A stretch of 64,000 nt of DNA from Clostridiaceae bacterium (GTDB lineage: Bacteria > Bacillota > Clostridia > Oscillospirales > Acutalibacteraceae): assembly GCA_904501755.1 (NCBI GenBank), contig CAJGBV010000004.1, positions 13,209 through 77,208 on the forward strand. The letters are read 5' to 3'. This document shows positions 6,967 through 16,164 of the stretch, in pieces. Numbering within the stretch: the first letter of the stretch is position 1; each line of letters opens with the position of its first letter. The notes beneath the pieces are model-generated. The model worked only from the letters and a program-made list of their open reading frames with translations. It had not been told where the DNA came from and ran no database searches. A program made the translations under genes and the position numbers.

Positions 6967-7844
6967 AATGTACTGTTCGCGTTCCCGCTACTACGGCTAA
7001 TTTAGGCCCGGGTTTTGACTCTGTTGGCTGTGCCTTTACGCTTTATAACACCCTCACCTTTGAAATAAAGGACAAAGGAGTTTCCTTTTCGGGTTGTGAA
7101 GAAAAGTATGCTAATGAGCAAAATCTTGCCTATATAGGTTTCAGGGATGTTTATACATATCTTAATATAGAGGTTCCCGGATGTCATATTACATTTGACA
7201 GCATCTGCGTTCCGCTTTCAAGAGGACTGGGCTCAAGTGCCGCACTTATAGTTGCAGGTGCTACTGCTGCAAATGCTTTTCTGAAAAACAAGCTGACTAA
7301 ACAGGAAATACTGACTGTATGCAATAATATTGAGGGTCACCCCGATAACCTTTCCCCTGCTATTTACGGCGGACTTACCGCTTCATTTACAAACGGTGAT
7401 ACCCCTTATTCTGTTAGCTACAGTATTCATCCGTCCTTGAAATTTGTTGCCCTTGTGCCCGATTTTGAGCTTCTTACTAAAACTGCAAGAAGTGTACTGC
7501 CAAGCGAAATTCCATTCGGGGATGCTGTGTTTAACTCTTCCCGTCTTGCAGTGCTTTTAAAGGCTCTTGAAAACGGCGATAAAAAGCTTATAAACCTTTC
7601 CCTTGATGACCGACTTCATCAGCCCTATAGAAGAGATCTTATAAAAGGCTATGACGAGGCTGAAAGCTTTGCAAAAGAGCTTGACTGTATTGCTTTTTGT
7701 TTAAGCGGTGCAGGACCTACCTGTCTGTGTCTTACCGACAATGACAATTTTGCACATAAAATTAAAGAAAAGCTTCACTCAGGCGGATATAGCTGGCAGG
7801 TATTAAGCCTTCCTGTTGATACAGACGGAGCAAAAATAATATAA
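6960..7844 (+). CDS. thrB: Homoserine kinase
   Basis: It has an N-terminal PATTANLGPGFD motif and the GHMP kinase motif GLGSSAA. It overlaps the thrC stop codon. Confidence 0.9.
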   Translation: MVKCTVRVPATTANLGPGFDSVGCAFTLYNTLTFEIKDKGVSFSGCEEKYANEQNLAYIGFRDVYTYLNIEVPGCHITFDSICVPLSRGLGSSAALIVAGATAANAFLKNKLTKQEILTVCNNIEGHPDNLSPAIYGGLTASFTNGDTPYSVSYSIHPSLKFVALVPDFELLTKTARSVLPSEIPFGDAVFNSSRLAVLLKALENGDKKLINLSLDDRLHQPYRRDLIKGYDEAESFAKELDCIAFCLSGAGPTCLCLTDNDNFAHKIKEKLHSGGYSWQVLSLPVDTDGAKII

Positions 7845-7848
7845 AATT

Positions 7849-7877
7849 AACGGACTTCTTTCGAAGTCCGTTTTTTA
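7849..7877. terminator. Bidirectional intrinsic terminator between convergent thrB and the DUF362 gene
   Basis: Hairpin CGGACTTC-TTTC-GAAGTCCG is followed by TTTTTT. Confidence 0.8.
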
Positions 7878-9002
7878 TTTCATTTCCACCAGTTCATAGT
7901 CCTGAGTTCCAAGACCGATTTTTTCGGCGTGAGCAAGACAGCTCTTCCACTCAGATTCGGGAGCGCAGTTGCGAAAATGGTCATGTCCGTCCTTAAAATC
8001 CGCCTTAGACATATTATCACTTAACTGACTGTTAGGAAGCGGTGTCTGCTTAAGACAGGCATCTGCACAGGCTCTGTCAAGCGCCACCATATCACGACTT
8101 ATAAACATACCAACATCAGCAAGAATTGGTGCATCATTTTCAGCGTGACAATCACAGTTAGGAGAAATATCCATAACCATATTAATATGAAACTGTTCTC
8201 TTCCCTGTACAACAGCCTTGCTGTATTCTGCTATTTTACAGTTAAGCTCAAAATTGGCAGAATAATTAATATTCGCAATAGCATCAAAATTGCATCCACC
8301 GATACATCTTCCGCAACCTACACACTTATCTATATCAATAGAAGCTATACGATTTTCATCATAAGAAATTGCAGAATGAGCACATTGTTTTATGCAAAGC
8401 ATACAGCCCTTGCATTTTTCGGCAAAAACCTGAGGCTTACCCGAATTGTGCTGTTCCATTTTTCCTGCCCTGCTTCCGCAACCCATTCCTGTATTTTTCA
8501 GTGCACCACCAAAGCCTGTATTTTCGTGACCTTTAAAATGAGAAAGGCTTATGTAAACGTCGGCATCCATAATAGCGTGGCCTATTTTGGCATTTTTTAC
8601 ATATTCACCATTTTCAACAGGCACCTGAACCTCATCGGTTCCCTTGAGTCCGTCAGCAATAATTACGGGGCACCCGGCAGAAAGGGGTGAAAAACCGTTT
8701 TCCCAAGCAGTATACAAATGCTCTATTGCATTTTTTCTACTTCCGGGATAAAGAGTATTACAGTCGGTAAGGAAAGGCTTTCCGCCAAGTTCACTTACAA
8801 CCTCAGCTACCGCTTTTGCATAATTTGGACGAATAAAGGCAAGGTTGCCCATTTCTCCGAAATGTATTTTTATTGCGACATACTTACCCTGTAAATCGAG
8901 CTTGTCAATACCTGCTTTATACATAAGCTTTTTAAGCTTTTGAGGCATTGTTATTCCATTTGTCGCACGAAAATCTGTATAATAAACCTTTGATTTTTCC
9001 AT
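7875..9002 (-). CDS. DUF362 domain protein with two 4Fe-4S ferredoxin-type clusters
   Basis: The N-terminal DUF362-like region (KVYYTDFRA...VAIKIHFGE) is followed by CKGCMLCIKQC and CVGCGRCIGGC motifs. Confidence 0.75.
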   Translation of the reverse strand: MEKSKVYYTDFRATNGITMPQKLKKLMYKAGIDKLDLQGKYVAIKIHFGEMGNLAFIRPNYAKAVAEVVSELGGKPFLTDCNTLYPGSRKNAIEHLYTAWENGFSPLSAGCPVIIADGLKGTDEVQVPVENGEYVKNAKIGHAIMDADVYISLSHFKGHENTGFGGALKNTGMGCGSRAGKMEQHNSGKPQVFAEKCKGCMLCIKQCAHSAISYDENRIASIDIDKCVGCGRCIGGCNFDAIANINYSANFELNCKIAEYSKAVVQGREQFHINMVMDISPNCDCHAENDAPILADVGMFISRDMVALDRACADACLKQTPLPNSQLSDNMSKADFKDGHDHFRNCAPESEWKSCLAHAEKIGLGTQDYELVEMK

Positions 9003-9011
9003 TTTTATTCC

Positions 9012-9491
9012 TTATAAAACAATATTTATTTCTTTACCGCTTTTCTTATATTCGGTCATTTTTATTCCTGCACTTTCGAACATACGCATAGCGGCAATAG
9101 TAGAAAAGCTGTCACTGTATTTATTGCTATAGTAAATAACCTCAGATACTCCGCTTTGAATAAGTGCCTTAGCGCACTCATTACAAGGGAAAAGGGTTAC
9201 ATAAACCTTACTACCTTTAAGATTAGCGCCCGAATAATTAAGTATGGCATTAAGCTCAGCGTGGCAAACAAACATATATTTGGTATCAAGTGCCTCGCCC
9301 TCTCTGTCCCATGGATAATCATCATCATTACAATTTCTTGGCATACCATTATAGCCAACCGACAAAATTTTGTTTTCGCTGCTTACTATACAGGCGCCCA
9401 CCTGTGTAGAGGGGTCTTTGCTTCGCTGAGCAGACATCAGCGCGATACCCATAAAATATTCATCCCAGCTTATGTAGTTTTCTCTTTTCAC
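9012..9491 (-). CDS. Deoxycytidylate (dCMP) deaminase, ComEB-type
   Basis: It has the zinc-binding motifs HAELNAI and PCNECAK. Confidence 0.85.
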   Translation of the reverse strand: MKRENYISWDEYFMGIALMSAQRSKDPSTQVGACIVSSENKILSVGYNGMPRNCNDDDYPWDREGEALDTKYMFVCHAELNAILNYSGANLKGSKVYVTLFPCNECAKALIQSGVSEVIYYSNKYSDSFSTIAAMRMFESAGIKMTEYKKSGKEINIVL

Positions 9492-10657
9492 TTTATTTCC
9501 TTCTTTCTGTTCATAAAAATAAGAATCACAACCATCAGTATAGGAAATATACCGGCGGTAAGAAAAGCAATATTAAGATTATAGTTGTCGGCTACTATTC
9601 CTGCCATCCACGGCCCGAAGGAGCAACCTAAATCACCAAACATAGCAAGAACCGCAAACATAGATGTTGCCCCTGTAGGAAATCTTGAAGCCGAAAGACT
9701 AAGGGAGCCCGGCCACATTACCGAAACACCGAAGCCTACCAGCACACCTGCAATAAGACTGATTACTGTGTTATTGCTAAGTGCAAGGATAAGATATGCT
9801 ATACTTGTAAAAACTGCAAAGCATAAAAGCACCTTTTTCATCTGAGCCTTATCCCCGATAAAAGAAAAAATAACCCTTCCAAGTCCCATACAAACCGAAA
9901 ACAGACAAGGTCCCACAAGATCGCCAAGAAGCTTAGGTAAGTGTAGGGACTGTTCAGCAAATGCTGACATCCAGTTTCCTACCGTTATTTCACTTGCACC
10001 GGATAAAAACATTATAATCAGCATAACAAAAAAAGCAGGCTGATAAACAAGACTCTTTATGGGAGTCCTTTTGCTTTCCTCAGGCTCTATAATAGGAACA
10101 AAAAGGAACAAAACAAGCACAATAACAGGAATAATCGTCCATATAAGTGCAATTATCTGCCAGTTTCCCTCACCCAAAAACTTAATCATAAGGGTTGTGG
10201 CAACAACAATAAAAACATTACCCCAACAGAAAAACGAATGAAGCAGCGCCATATTGCCTGACTTATTTTTTGTGGGCAGATACTCAACAATAGGAGAAAC
10301 TATAACCTCTATAAGACCACTGCCTATGGAATATATAATAACCGAAATAGTAATTGCTGTATATACAGGCAAAACCTTAGATAGAAAGCTTAAGGAAGCA
10401 AAACCCACAGCTGCAAAAACCTGAGCAGCAACAGCAAGTTTTCTATAGCCAAAATATTTTACCAGTTTTATGGAAATAAGGTCCACAAAAATCTGTGTAA
10501 CAAAGCAAACAAGAATAAGTCTGCCAAGCTTTTCATAGCTTATATTATAGGTATTCTGAAGCGCTACAAAAATAAGAGGCAAAAAGCTACAGGCTATTGC
10601 CTGCACAACATAACCGAGATAGCTGGCTATTTTTGTATATGTATATGAAAGCCTCAT
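9488..10657 (-). CDS. MFS transporter
   Basis: It is a 389-aa polytopic protein. It overlaps both neighbouring genes by 4 nt. Confidence 0.7.
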   Translation of the reverse strand: MRLSYTYTKIASYLGYVVQAIACSFLPLIFVALQNTYNISYEKLGRLILVCFVTQIFVDLISIKLVKYFGYRKLAVAAQVFAAVGFASLSFLSKVLPVYTAITISVIIYSIGSGLIEVIVSPIVEYLPTKNKSGNMALLHSFFCWGNVFIVVATTLMIKFLGEGNWQIIALIWTIIPVIVLVLFLFVPIIEPEESKRTPIKSLVYQPAFFVMLIIMFLSGASEITVGNWMSAFAEQSLHLPKLLGDLVGPCLFSVCMGLGRVIFSFIGDKAQMKKVLLCFAVFTSIAYLILALSNNTVISLIAGVLVGFGVSVMWPGSLSLSASRFPTGATSMFAVLAMFGDLGCSFGPWMAGIVADNYNLNIAFLTAGIFPILMVVILIFMNRKKEIK

Positions 10658-11319
10658 TTATTTATTTCCTTTATTATATCTGCTATTTCATAAGGCTTTT
10701 CCACTATATATCTTGCTCCCGCATTTCTCAGTTCTTCTTCATCTCTGAATCCCCACAAAACACCAACAGGAGTATTTCCACAGTTAAGAGCTGTATCAAT
10801 ATCCGCATTTGAGTCCCCCACAAAAAGACATTCATCAGGGTTTACATCCATCTGTGTCATAGCAAGAAAAGGCATATGAGGTTCAGGCTTTGTAGGTACG
10901 CCATCCCTCTGACCGATAATTGCGGAAAAAACATTTTTATCAAAAAGCTTTGGCACCAAAACATCTGTCATAGTCTGCGCCTTATTGGTTACAATAGCTA
11001 TAGAAATCTCCATTTCCAAAAGCGTTTTAATAAGGTTATTTATGCCGTCATAAACACAGGATTTATCGGCACAGTGTTCTTTATAATAGTCATAAAATTC
11101 TTCTCTGAGCTTTAAAACATATTCCCTGTCACTGCGAAAGCATTCAGGTAATGCACGACGCATCATAACCTCATTTCCATTACCTACAAACATCTTAAAT
11201 TCATCCGTTTCGTGAGTAGGATGGCCGTGTTTACTTAAAACATAATTCACCGAATGAGCCAAATCACCAAGAGTATTGACAAGTGTTCCGTCAAGGTCAA
11301 ATAAAACCGCTTTAATCAT
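10654..11319 (-). CDS. HAD-superfamily hydrolase (phosphoglycolate phosphatase-like)
   Basis: It has the DxDxT motif FDLDGTLVNT and a C-terminal GDSNADI motif. Confidence 0.8.
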   Translation of the reverse strand: MIKAVLFDLDGTLVNTLGDLAHSVNYVLSKHGHPTHETDEFKMFVGNGNEVMMRRALPECFRSDREYVLKLREEFYDYYKEHCADKSCVYDGINNLIKTLLEMEISIAIVTNKAQTMTDVLVPKLFDKNVFSAIIGQRDGVPTKPEPHMPFLAMTQMDVNPDECLFVGDSNADIDTALNCGNTPVGVLWGFRDEEELRNAGARYIVEKPYEIADIIKEINK

Positions 11320-11441
11320 TTTATAATTTCACTTCCATTCTTATCTAATATACCACTATTTACACATTATTTCAAGAATTCTATTGACTAAAATACAATA
11401 AAAGGTTAAAATATTCTTAGAAATTACAAGGAGTGTTTGCG

Positions 11442-11753
11442 ATGAACGAAAATATTAAAAACGAAGAATATACCCCTGACCTTATCAACCTTACTGATGA
11501 CGATGGTAATGAATATAACTTTGAAGTTCTGGACAGACTTGATATAGACTCAGGTTCTTATCTTGCTCTTCTTCCTGTATATGACGACCCCAAGAAAATG
11601 CTTGATGACTCGGGCGAGCTTGTTATCGTTAAGGAAGAGGAAGAAAACGGTGAATTCTTCTATAGTGAAATCGAGGACGATGACGAATACGAAACCGTTG
11701 CCGACGCTTTTTCTGACAGACTTGCTGACTTTTACGAAATAGCTGACGAATAA
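11442..11753 (+). CDS. DUF1292 family acidic protein
   Basis: I moved the start to ATG 11442, which has AGGAG 8 nt upstream. The acidic sequence DDDGNEYNFEVLDRLDIDSGSYLALLP is typical of DUF1292. Confidence 0.7.
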   Translation: MNENIKNEEYTPDLINLTDDDGNEYNFEVLDRLDIDSGSYLALLPVYDDPKKMLDDSGELVIVKEEEENGEFFYSEIEDDDEYETVADAFSDRLADFYEIADE

Positions 11754-11760
11754 AATTACC

Positions 11761-11945
11761 TCCTGCTCTGTTCGCGGACTGTGGCTTTTATAACCCTACA
11801 ACCATATTATCGGGGCTGTTGCTCGGATGGCGGGTATGCAGGCCTCCCACTTTTAGTGGACGTTGGAAGCACAAAACCATTCGGCTGGCACCCACCTGCC
11901 TAAGTGCAGGTTATCAAATGCCCATTACGGCAGAGCGGGATACTT
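11761..11945 (+). ncRNA. Candidate structured ncRNA of about 180 nt, possibly 6S RNA (family not established)
   Basis: It lies in a 215-nt gap with no ORF. A 10-bp closing helix forms between 11761-11770 and 11931-11940. A second helix joins about 11781-11793 and 11912-11923. An apical stem spans about 11823-11885 with the hairpin CCACU-UUU-AGUGG. A 3'-side hairpin ACCUGC-CUAAGU-GCAGGU follows. G-U pairs fit only the plus strand. A U-run follows the closing helix. Confidence 0.45.
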
Positions 11946-11968
11946 TTTAAAAAAGGAAGTTACTATTT

Positions 11969-12226
11969 ATGAGTTTTAACGGAATTTTGCGTCCTGTAGA
12001 CAATCTTGGACGCCTCGTTATTCCCAGAGAGTTTCGAAAACTGTTAGATGTTAAAGACGGTGAGGACAGCTTTGAAATGTACATAAATGATAACAAAGAG
12101 CTTGTTCTGAAAAAATACTGTCCCGTCTGTACACTGTGCAGTAGTAATGAAGGTCTTATGGATATTGAGGGAAAGCTTATCTGTAAAAAATGTATACAAA
12201 AGATTTCTGAAATGCGTGAAATTTAA
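11969..12226 (+). CDS. AbrB/SpoVT-type DNA-binding domain fused to a C-terminal CxxC...CxxC zinc ribbon
   Basis: The N-terminal motif VDNLGRLVIPREFRKLLDV is the swapped-hairpin (AbrB-like) type. The C-terminus is CPVCTLC...ICKKC. Confidence 0.7.
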   Translation: MSFNGILRPVDNLGRLVIPREFRKLLDVKDGEDSFEMYINDNKELVLKKYCPVCTLCSSNEGLMDIEGKLICKKCIQKISEMREI

Positions 12227-12263
12227 AAAGACTTGGAAACACTCCAGTTTCCAAGTCTTTTTT
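12226..12263. terminator. Bidirectional intrinsic terminator between convergent genes
   Basis: Hairpin AAGACTTGGAAAC / GTTTCCAAGTCTT has an A-run on the left and a T-run on the right. Confidence 0.8.
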
Positions 12264-12264
12264 A

Positions 12265-13152
12265 TTATTTAGCTATTTCTGCCTTCTTGGCTTTAATTTC
12301 TTCAGCAAATTTCACTTCTTCTTTTTCGGGGTTCTGATAGAAGCGAACATAATCAATATAATAATCAATGGGCATTTCATCCTCATCGGTTAAAACAAAA
12401 TCTTCAGGGCGCCAACTTCTGCCGTTAGTAAAGATTTCATTATTAAAGATTATGTAAGCAAAATCGTGGAAGCCCTCCATACCCTTGATTCTGTCTTCAC
12501 CGAATTCACCGCTTTCGTCAATGGGGAAACGGGTATACATCTCATCATCAACATAAAAAGACATATATTTTTCATCCCACTCAAAGCCGTAGGTATGGTA
12601 CTCATTATTAAGGTTTTCATAATTTTCAAATTCGAAGGCACGCTTAAGACTGCCCTCTCCACCGGGAAGCATTACATGAAGCTCACTTGTAACCCATTTA
12701 TGAAGATTTGACACCACATATCTATCACTGGAGAAAACCTCGAATATATCAATTTCAGCCATATAATGAGCTTTTTTAAATGGAGTGTTCGACTTCATCC
12801 AAAAAGACGGCCAAGCACCATGACGGAAAGGAAGTTTTCCCCTCATCTCAACATATCCGTATTTGAAGTTCATGGTTTCCATTGTGGTAAGACCTTCGCT
12901 CAAGGTATAAGCCTTATCAGGAAGAGAACTTTTTAAGACCTGCATATGAAGTTCATTGTTTTCTACCCTGCAACATTTCTCACTGTTATCATATTCACAG
13001 TCAAGTCCGTTCATTGTTCTGGCGAAATTCCATTTGGTCATATCAAGCTGTCCGCCGTCAAATTCATCAAACCAAATAAGCTGTCTGCCGTATTTTTCAT
13101 AGGGTATTCCTCTTTTTTCTGCTTCAGCCTTAATTTTAACGTGGTGTAACAT
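12265..13152 (-). CDS. Glycoside hydrolase family 16 protein without a signal peptide
   Basis: It has the GH16 catalytic motif EIDIFE and a GAWPSFWM motif. The N-terminus MLHHVKIKAEAEK has no hydrophobic leader. Confidence 0.8.
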   Translation of the reverse strand: MLHHVKIKAEAEKRGIPYEKYGRQLIWFDEFDGGQLDMTKWNFARTMNGLDCEYDNSEKCCRVENNELHMQVLKSSLPDKAYTLSEGLTTMETMNFKYGYVEMRGKLPFRHGAWPSFWMKSNTPFKKAHYMAEIDIFEVFSSDRYVVSNLHKWVTSELHVMLPGGEGSLKRAFEFENYENLNNEYHTYGFEWDEKYMSFYVDDEMYTRFPIDESGEFGEDRIKGMEGFHDFAYIIFNNEIFTNGRSWRPEDFVLTDEDEMPIDYYIDYVRFYQNPEKEEVKFAEEIKAKKAEIAK

Positions 13153-13165
13153 AGTGCTTTCTCCT

Positions 13166-14569
13166 TTATTTAAAAATTATTATCTTATCCGTTTCTTTAT
13201 TCTGATAAAGGCGGATATAATCAACAGTATACTCTATTACCTTTGTTTCGTCATTACTGAGTCGACTGCCTTCAGGTGCCCAGGAGCTGTAGTTATTGAA
13301 AATAAAGCAATTAAGGGCAACATAGTGCAAATCCTGAAAGCCCTCCATACCCGGCATACTGGGGCCGAAATCGTGTTCATTATCTACATAAAGAGTACAG
13401 TAACATTCCCCGTCAATATAAAATTTATATTCGGTATCTGTCCATTCAAAGCCGTAATTATGCCAATCGGTTGCCTCTTCATTAGAGGAAAAGCTGAATT
13501 TTTTTGATGTACCTATTCCGCCGCTTACATGCTCACTTCCCCATTTATGAAGATTACAGGCAAGGCTGGTTTCATCAGAAAATACCTCAAAAATATCTAT
13601 CTCAGCACCGTATAAGGTTTCATAAGCACCCGGATAAGCAAGTTCCCAGAAACCAGGCCAGGCTCCGTGTTCAAAGGGCACCTTTGCCCTCATTTCAAGG
13701 TATCCGCCCACATAAGCCATACTTTGATAGGTAGTAATTCCGTCGGGAACGGAATAGTGATAATTCTCTTCATCTGTTGGACGGGCATACATTGTCATAG
13801 TTCCATCCTGAAAGGATAAATTGCTGTCATCTGTAGTTATTAAAAGAGAAGGATTCCTCATAGTACGCTTATATGTCATTTTGGTATCACTAAGACTTTT
13901 AGCATTTTCGAATTCCTCGCTCCATACAAGCGTTCTGCCGCCGCGATTATACACAGTTTGGGCAATTTTTACTTCTCCTGACACACTTAAAGCCGACTGT
14001 TTTACCTTAATTGAGTTTTCTCTTTTTTCATACCATTCTTTAAAGCTTTTGCTTTCCTCAAAAAACGATTTTAAGCTACTATTGTAAAGTTGTTCGGAAA
14101 GATCAGTATTCTCCTCAAGCTTTTCAATTACCTGTTTTTGTGCACTTTCGTCCAGTAGCCACTGAAGAACAACAAGCCTTTTACCATCATTATCACGGGT
14201 AATAAGGCGGTCGTGATAAAATTCTCGCTCACCTGTATTATGTTCCAGCACAAAGGTAATGTCATAGACCGTAAGTTCTTCTAAAACAAATAGAGTATGG
14301 GAAGAAAGGAACTTAATGGTACCACCCATAAATAAGCTCATATCCTTAGTTAAATCATCAGATATAACACTGGAGATCGGTTCAATATATTTTTCGAACA
14401 TATAGCCTTCGGGACATGAATACAGATTTTTGAGATTTTTTTCGAAAGTTTCTCTGATTTCACACTGCTCTTGTGTTTCACTGTACTCATTAATAGTTTC
14501 TTTATCAGTACAGCCACAAAAACTAACAACAAGAAAAAAAATCACAAGTAAGGCTGTAAAATTTCGCAC
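13166..14569 (-). CDS. GH16 lipoprotein with an uncharacterised N-terminal module of about 210 aa
   Basis: It uses a GTG start with GGAGGG 7 nt upstream and has lipobox SFCGC. The C-terminal GH16 domain contains EIDIFE and GAWPGFWE. Confidence 0.8.
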   Translation of the reverse strand: MRNFTALLVIFFLVVSFCGCTDKETINEYSETQEQCEIRETFEKNLKNLYSCPEGYMFEKYIEPISSVISDDLTKDMSLFMGGTIKFLSSHTLFVLEELTVYDITFVLEHNTGEREFYHDRLITRDNDGKRLVVLQWLLDESAQKQVIEKLEENTDLSEQLYNSSLKSFFEESKSFKEWYEKRENSIKVKQSALSVSGEVKIAQTVYNRGGRTLVWSEEFENAKSLSDTKMTYKRTMRNPSLLITTDDSNLSFQDGTMTMYARPTDEENYHYSVPDGITTYQSMAYVGGYLEMRAKVPFEHGAWPGFWELAYPGAYETLYGAEIDIFEVFSDETSLACNLHKWGSEHVSGGIGTSKKFSFSSNEEATDWHNYGFEWTDTEYKFYIDGECYCTLYVDNEHDFGPSMPGMEGFQDLHYVALNCFIFNNYSSWAPEGSRLSNDETKVIEYTVDYIRLYQNKETDKIIIFK

Positions 14570-14583
14570 CGATTTCCCTCCTG

Positions 14584-16065
14584 TTAATAAAGCTTTATTT
14601 CTTCTCCATTTTTCTGATATAGTCGCACATAATCTATAACATAGTCTGCCGAGCCGAAATCATCATTATTTTCAACATGCAAACTGCTGCTCGCCCAACT
14701 TTGTTGGTCGGTATACACCCAGTTATTAAAGCAGACATAATAAAAATCATGGAAACAATCCATACCGGGATAAGCAGTTGAAAAATCGTCTTCTTCTCTT
14801 ATCGAAACAGTGAAATAACATTCTTCATCTACATAGAATTTCATAACATCCGGTGTCCACTCAAAACCATATACATGATAGGTATTGCTTAAATTTTCCT
14901 TATCCTCAAAGACATATTTTTTCTGTCCTGTTGTAACACCGCGGTTAGAAAGCTGTTCTGAGTAACTGCCACCATACCATTTATGTAAATTAGGCACACA
15001 GGTATCAACCGATGAAAAAACTTCAAATATATCTATTTCTCCTCCGTATTTGGATTTTTGCAAATTTTTATCTGCCTTCATCCAAAATCCCGGCCACACA
15101 CATATCTGATAAGGGATTTTAGCCCTCATTTCAAGATAGCCGTATTTAAAAGACATTATATTATATGTGGAAACACTTCTGGCGGTGGTGTAGTTTTTAT
15201 TTCCGTCGGAGGTTATTCTGAGCACTAAATTGCCGTCCTTAACAAAATAGTTCTTTTCTTCCATAGAGGTCACAAGATTAGTATCCCTGGTAAACATATG
15301 GTCGACCGTATTAGTCAAATGGCTTATAAGCTCACCTGTAGATTTTACATTAAATTCGTGATTCCACACAAGCTTTCTGTCACCTTTGTTCCGGGGAACC
15401 GAGGTATCGGTTTTTTCCTCTTCTTCATTGTGTGTGAGTAGATTATCCCTTACATCGCTAATTTTGGGTTCAATGTAAACAATTCTGTTCCCGCTTCCAT
15501 CTGTTAAGGTTATAGGTGAAACAGCAACGCTTATAAACGTGCTTGTTGCCTTTGAGGAAGAACCCAGTTCTTTATTACACACAGCAAAGGCATCCTCTAT
15601 TTTAAACAGATATGACTCATAGGTATCTGCCAGCTTTGTCTGTATATCATCATCATATATTCTCTGAATAACAATAAGAGATTCTTCGATTAAAACAACA
15701 TCATTAATAAGTGTAGAGTCATTGAAAAGCGCCGAAACACAGTAAAGCTGACCATCCTCGTGATTCCCGATTTCTTTAGCAATAAGCTTATCGACGGTTT
15801 TGCCCTCATAGCTTTTACCCAAAGAAATTAAAGCCTGTGATATATCCGCAGTGCTGTTTTTAATACTACTGCTAAGGATATTAGAGGAAAGATTTTCATA
15901 AATACCTTTAAGCCAATCGGCGATTTCACTTTCCTCGGCTGTCATTTGTGCTACTACCTGATTACTGTTTGGATTTGAACTTGCATTATTACTACCCTTT
16001 GGGTTGCATCCTGTAAGCATTATCAATACAAGCAGTAACGCTATAATTCTAATATGATTTTTCAT
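14584..16065 (-). CDS. GH16 lipoprotein with an uncharacterised N-terminal module of about 250 aa
   Basis: The ORF track gives 14584..16140. I moved the start to ATG 16065 (MKNHIRIIALLLVLIMLTGC, a lipobox). The GH16 domain contains EIDIFE and VWPGFWM. Confidence 0.8.
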   Translation of the reverse strand: MKNHIRIIALLLVLIMLTGCNPKGSNNASSNPNSNQVVAQMTAEESEIADWLKGIYENLSSNILSSSIKNSTADISQALISLGKSYEGKTVDKLIAKEIGNHEDGQLYCVSALFNDSTLINDVVLIEESLIVIQRIYDDDIQTKLADTYESYLFKIEDAFAVCNKELGSSSKATSTFISVAVSPITLTDGSGNRIVYIEPKISDVRDNLLTHNEEEEKTDTSVPRNKGDRKLVWNHEFNVKSTGELISHLTNTVDHMFTRDTNLVTSMEEKNYFVKDGNLVLRITSDGNKNYTTARSVSTYNIMSFKYGYLEMRAKIPYQICVWPGFWMKADKNLQKSKYGGEIDIFEVFSSVDTCVPNLHKWYGGSYSEQLSNRGVTTGQKKYVFEDKENLSNTYHVYGFEWTPDVMKFYVDEECYFTVSIREEDDFSTAYPGMDCFHDFYYVCFNNWVYTDQQSWASSSLHVENNDDFGSADYVIDYVRLYQKNGEEIKLY

Positions 16066-16120
16066 AAAATCAATCACCATTTCAATAGTACCAAAAAATT
16101 TTATGTAAATCAAGTATTTA

Positions 16121-16151
16121 AAAAGAAAAACCGTCTGCAAAAAGCAGACGG
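16121..16151 (-). terminator. Intrinsic terminator after the small P-loop gene
   Basis: The minus strand carries hairpin CCGTCTGC-TTTTT-GCAGACGG followed by TTTTTCTTTT. Confidence 0.7.
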
Positions 16152-16164
16152 CTAAAAATTTGTT

